A stretch of DNA of 64,000 nucleotides, taken from positions 19,158,001-19,222,000 of the forward strand of contig CM074513.1 of the NCBI GenBank assembly GCA_037379345.1. Reading direction: 5' to 3'. Below are positions 59,195 to 64,000 of this stretch, piece by piece. The position numbers were made by a program, and so were the translations under genes. The stretch is from Perna viridis (Eukaryota). The stretch's first letter is position 1, and each line of letters opens with the position of its first letter. Below the pieces are notes generated by a model. It worked only from the letters and a program-made list of their open reading frames with translations. It searched no databases and was not told the DNA's origin.

Positions 59195-62100
59195 TTTTAG
59201 CGATATAACTGATTAAGATAGTTCAAATATATATATATATATATTAACCAATCATAAATGACTTAATATATTTAAAGGTACGTGGTGTAATGAAGTAATT
59301 ACAAAACATTATCCGTCTATTCATTGGACGTCCATTTCAAAAGGATTCTCCTTTCAATGGAAAAGTTAAACGTTTTTTGGGGGATTGTACTTGGATAAAA
59401 CAAACAAAACATCAAACGCACAAGATTGACTTATATTACATTTTTTCTCTTTAAAAGAAGTTTTCTGAATAACAATATTTCTTATTATTTATATGTACAG
59501 AATTTTATTTTCATATACCATCTATCATCGTACTTTTTTGTAGTTAATCGCAATTTTAATTCATAGAGTAGCCCAGCTTGGTTGAATATTTACAACGAAA
59601 TAGTATGGTTCAGAGTTTTAACAACAAAGAATACTGTCATTTTACGAGTAAGGACAATCCATGGCTAATCAATAAAACTCAAAATATGATGATGTACAAT
59701 ACGTTTAAAAAGAAATGTATCATGCATGAATCTATTTCAATATCTTGTGAAATAAAAGACACGCATAAATATGTAATTTTCTCATCATATTTCATGTATG
59801 TTAAACAGATATTAACTTTGAAAGCAGTTTCATTTTATGTTAAAAAAAACTTAAATGCAATAGTAAACTACTTGCAACCAGCGTTTAATCGTTATGATGT
59901 TAACGACCAACGCAAATATATACCCAGTGAACAAACGACGCTTCGTCGACGTCAAGAATTGTGAATGAAAACATAAAACCATGAAAACACAACGTTACAA
60001 CGTTGTTAGTACATATAGTAATAACGCAATCTTCTAAAACTTTTGATCCGACGTAATTTTTCTGTAAATACGTCGACTTCATAATATTGTTAATTTTACC
60101 AAGTTGTGACAATGTAAAAGAATTACTAATTCACAACATTACATTTCACTACGTTGTGACAACATTTGTATATTAAGTCATTATAAACAACAGCGTTACG
60201 TTGTTACAATATTCCCTATATTGGATTGAAAAAAAAAAAAAACAAAATCACATGTTATGTTTCTGGCTTTTAAAAGTATATAGTAAAAGAAACCTAAAGA
60301 AATGTCTCTCCGCTTCAGTCCGAAAGTTTACTTAAAGTTTTCCTAACATAATAAAAACACAAATCTATGATTATTTGTATACTTGTAACCCGGCATTTAT
60401 TCATATATTGAAAGATCTGTGTTATAGAGGTTAGGCTAGCTGTTACATAGAGGAGCATGAGGAATGGTCCAATAGTAGAAATAAACGTTTTTGATACCTC
60501 AAACGTGGGCGTTGTGCATTCACTCTAATATTCACTCCGGCCTCATTGGAAAGCGAGAGTACTGAATGAAAAAGATCTATGATATTAGTAAGGTACAACA
60601 ATTTGATCGATCAGGGTCGGTCTGTGAAACTTGTCAGAAAGCTATATTATCGTTGGTAGAATTTTATCACATTATTCTCTCTTACAAAATGACAAGGGTC
60701 TTTGGGGGAACAGGACTTGCTTGGAGCACTTGGAGGTGCTTTAGCGTGTGTGTGATGGATTTGTTTCCTTGATCTTTAGTTTTTATATGTAATCCATATT
60801 GTTCAGTTAACTTCATTATGTATGTACATCGTCTTTGTTCCCTGTTTTCATGTTTTTGGATTTTTATGCACATTTAAGTTGTCTTAAATCTAATTCTACG
60901 TAATTTTTTGACGATATTCATACCATTAAATCCCCATCCTCCCTATTCAATACCTATTTCCCCATACACTTTTTTCCATCTCCCATTCCTTTTCCTTATT
61001 TTAATCATCCTCATAAACAAAAATATGGGAAGTTTTCAACATACAGGTACTGTACATTATACACATGTACACTTACAAATCAACATAAATTGATTACATT
61101 TACCAGCATCTAGAGTTTTTTTGCAATACTTTAATTTTAGAAGTAACCCTCTCTTTGATTCGGTTAAATGTTTTATCCATAATCTCATAGACCAAATTTT
61201 GTATATTACTATGATGTTATCAACTTTTTGTCAATGGTTGACTCGTTGAATTATGATACTAAATTAAATTATAAGGAATACCTGTAAATTTTGTTCGGTG
61301 CACACTTGAAATTATGTTGCAACACAGTTAATTTATTGTGCTTGATGTAGGTGATTTCTTTATAGACTGGATATTAAAATTAACTGAATTATGTAGCTAT
61401 TTTGTGGTTGAAAATGTAACATCGAAAAATTCATTCCACCGGAAAAAAAATAATATCAAATTTTATCCACAGATAGTTTATGATAACAAAATATTTTCTA
61501 CTGTTGTTAAATTTTTTTCTATACATAATCATGATAAAACATTCATGTGTCTAAAGAAGATTCTTTTAGTGTTTTTATTATTGTGTGAAAAGGGGGCTTG
61601 TTTTTTTTTGCGTGGTAAAAAAAGTTCATAAATTTAGGTGATTATGATTCGGATAGCTTTTGATTTAAAATGATATCCAGTATTTCATGAAACAATAACT
61701 TTTTATGATAGGTAATTATCAATAACCAAACACTCTACATATTAATGAACTTATCCGTGTTAACGTTTAAGTACTGCCTGAATTCCAAACCAATTGACAG
61801 TTTTAGTGTGTTATCATTAATACACAAACAAATCCAACCAAATGGCATTTGACAGGATATTTCTTTTCATTTAGTGTTAACGTGTTTTAGTATTAATCTC
61901 TTTAAGAATCAGTGTTTGTAACAAGGTATAAAAAAATCATTTTAATAGTATAATTTAATATTTTCAATATCACGTTGCATGGAGTTCATAGGCAGATAAC
62001 TAAGTCAAAAATCCCATTTTTCTAACATTTTATTGAAAATATTTTTGGCTAATTAAGTGAAGCAGTGATCAAATAATGATCTATTTAAATATAGAAAGCA

Positions 62101-62200
62101 TCCTTGAGTAATATTCTATTGTCAGATCCATGGAAATTTGACATGCTTGTTTCTGAATTTTTTAACATTGTGCCTGATTCTTACACACACTAACACTTAA

Positions 62201-62412
62201 GGAGGTAGTCTAAGGGTAAGGGACACAACCCTTAAGAATTATTGGAACGTTTGTATTCGGCACTTTACATCTATCTTATGTAAGCATCTAATTAACTTGG
62301 ATTCATTTTATTCTGCTTCAAACGAAAGCTTTAGAGGCTTTGGTGAAATTGAATATGATACAAACATATCACTACTTTCATGTGTTATGTCCCTTACCCT
62401 ACGTCTACCTCC
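62201..62412. mobile_element. MITE family B copy (reverse)
   Basis: ttaa|ggaggtagtc...gtctacctcc. Confidence 0.7.
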
Positions 62413-63860
62413 ATAAACTAATACACAAACAAATCCAACCAAATAGATAAATAGTACTCCATTAAAAGACTGATATTTTATTCTTTTTAAACATTATCTT
62501 TTCGGTGTTACCATTGAAAGTACTGAGCCATGAGTTTATATTATAAAATGTAGGAGTATGAATTATGTTCATCATATGTGAACTATTTAATTGTATGAAA
62601 TAATATCCTACAATTGAGAACATCTCTCGCTGTGTTATAAGTAACTTACAGTAATGTTATAAATTAAGCAATGGAAACAATATAATATGTGTTGACATTT
62701 TTTTTATAGTCAAATGATATCCTCTGGAAAGAATTGATGTGATATTATAATATTCAGAGGATGATATTTCATCCGGATAGAATTATGCCTTACAAAAACG
62801 TTGTCATTTTGATGGCGTTGTGGTCTCAGGTTGATACGGCATGTGATACAGATTTTTAAATGTAATCTTTAGCCTGTATATTTGCATATATTAATTATAT
62901 GACGGAAATTAAAAAAGATATTGTTTTTCCAAATCAACAATATGCTAGATTTTGTTATTTGTCATTATGTAGTTTAACAGAAAATAACACTCCCAAAATT
63001 ATATATGGTATTGTTAGTGTTTATCAAAGGAAAAAGAGTCTAACGAAAGAGTTTAAAATTGATACTCACAGCTTCTCAACCAATCACCCGATATTTAAGG
63101 GGATAAGGTGAAAATGCACTGAAATGCAACCAGTGATTATTCAGTGATTAAAATAGTCAACTTTAGTCGAAAAAAGTTCTTTTTTTACATTTTTAAAATT
63201 CTACACATGCGATCTTTACATGTTACTTGTTTTCCAATACCTATAAGTACGATTTCACTTACATTTTTTTATCAAAGTGTATTGGGGTCAATTGATCTTT
63301 GACCCCTCTTCTAATGAATGCAAAAAGCAGAAAATAAGAGAAAATTTTATCACTTTTCAATTAGAAAAGAATGATTCTCAAAAAGTACATTGATTTATCT
63401 TTTCATTGACATATGATGTAGTCGTATACCCTGAAAGCCCATTAAAGTCCACTGCACCCTAGGGTGACATGCCTATCTGCTGGCTGGTGCTTCTGTGAGC
63501 TAGCACACTATAGTTTCTGCTCAGCGTATCGAACTAATACAAAACAGGGTTTGTACGGTTGATCAATTGTTCTCGTCCTGAAATGTAAAAAGTATCTACC
63601 ATATGAAGTAAACCAATTATCAACCAATCTTAAGAAGAACATGACGCTTTTAGTAGAACGATGTAGTCGGGCAGGGCTTAAATCGATTTTTCTACATACT
63701 TTTCTTATCTGAAACTCTGAGTTTATTGGTTGGTCAAAGATTTGCTGTTGGCTAATGAATATAGATTTTGTGTAAATGATTAAGGAACGGCAATGTGATA
63801 AGACATCATTTGTTTGGTCTACGTCATATAAAAATAAAATATCCAATGGTTGTTTTTGTT

Positions 63861-64000
63861 TCATGGTGGTCATCATGAACTCGTGGATCGCTACGGTATA
63901 TCCATCTGCGCCATGAAAACTGATTTGGTCAATGTGTCATAGTTTTCCTTTCCTCTGTCGTCTGCCCCGGATATGACTTTTTATGAACAACTCGGCGGGT
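63861..64000 (+). mobile_element. Naiad-type PLE 3' fragment (runs off window)
   Basis: catcatgaactcgtggatcg...ttttatgaacaactcggcgggt. Confidence 0.75.

Noticed and set aside
59578-60215. 128-aa ORF upstream of TLR-B
   Set aside because: TTG start, AT-rich composition, and it overlaps a degenerate caacgttg-type repeat; no homology recognised.
63508-63876. 122-aa minus-strand ORF
   Set aside because: It starts within the antisense strand of a PLE fragment and has no recognisable motifs.

Overview
AT-rich, intron-containing animal DNA. The repeat families and short protostome-type TLRs suggest a bivalve mollusc, probably oyster-like (inference). The left third holds a + strand ADAMTS-like gene (ADAMTSL1/3, MADD-4/punctin family). 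I reconstructed 16 phase-consistent GT-AG coding exons from 7648 to 22695 (about 1012 aa: 11 TSR repeats, a Cys-rich module, one Ig domain and a PLAC domain); the signal-peptide exon was not found. The spacer domain is missing and a furin-like RRRHRR linker sits in its place. The right half holds a small Toll-like receptor cluster: TLR-A (36940-39162, +), TLR-B (56951-59194, -) and a decayed inverted paralog of TLR-B (about 45600-47150, +). All three lack the TIR BB-loop proline but keep the alphaC glutamate. The rest is dense in transposable elements: eight 3' fragments of a Naiad-type Penelope-like retroelement with a structured 3' UTR, a decayed RTE-X-like LINE, a decayed hAT transposase, SINE-like pieces and several TTAA- or TA-targeting MITE families. 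There is one 163-N assembly gap. No rRNA, intact tRNA or CRISPR array was seen. All calls were made by eye without database searches, and repeat boundaries are approximate.
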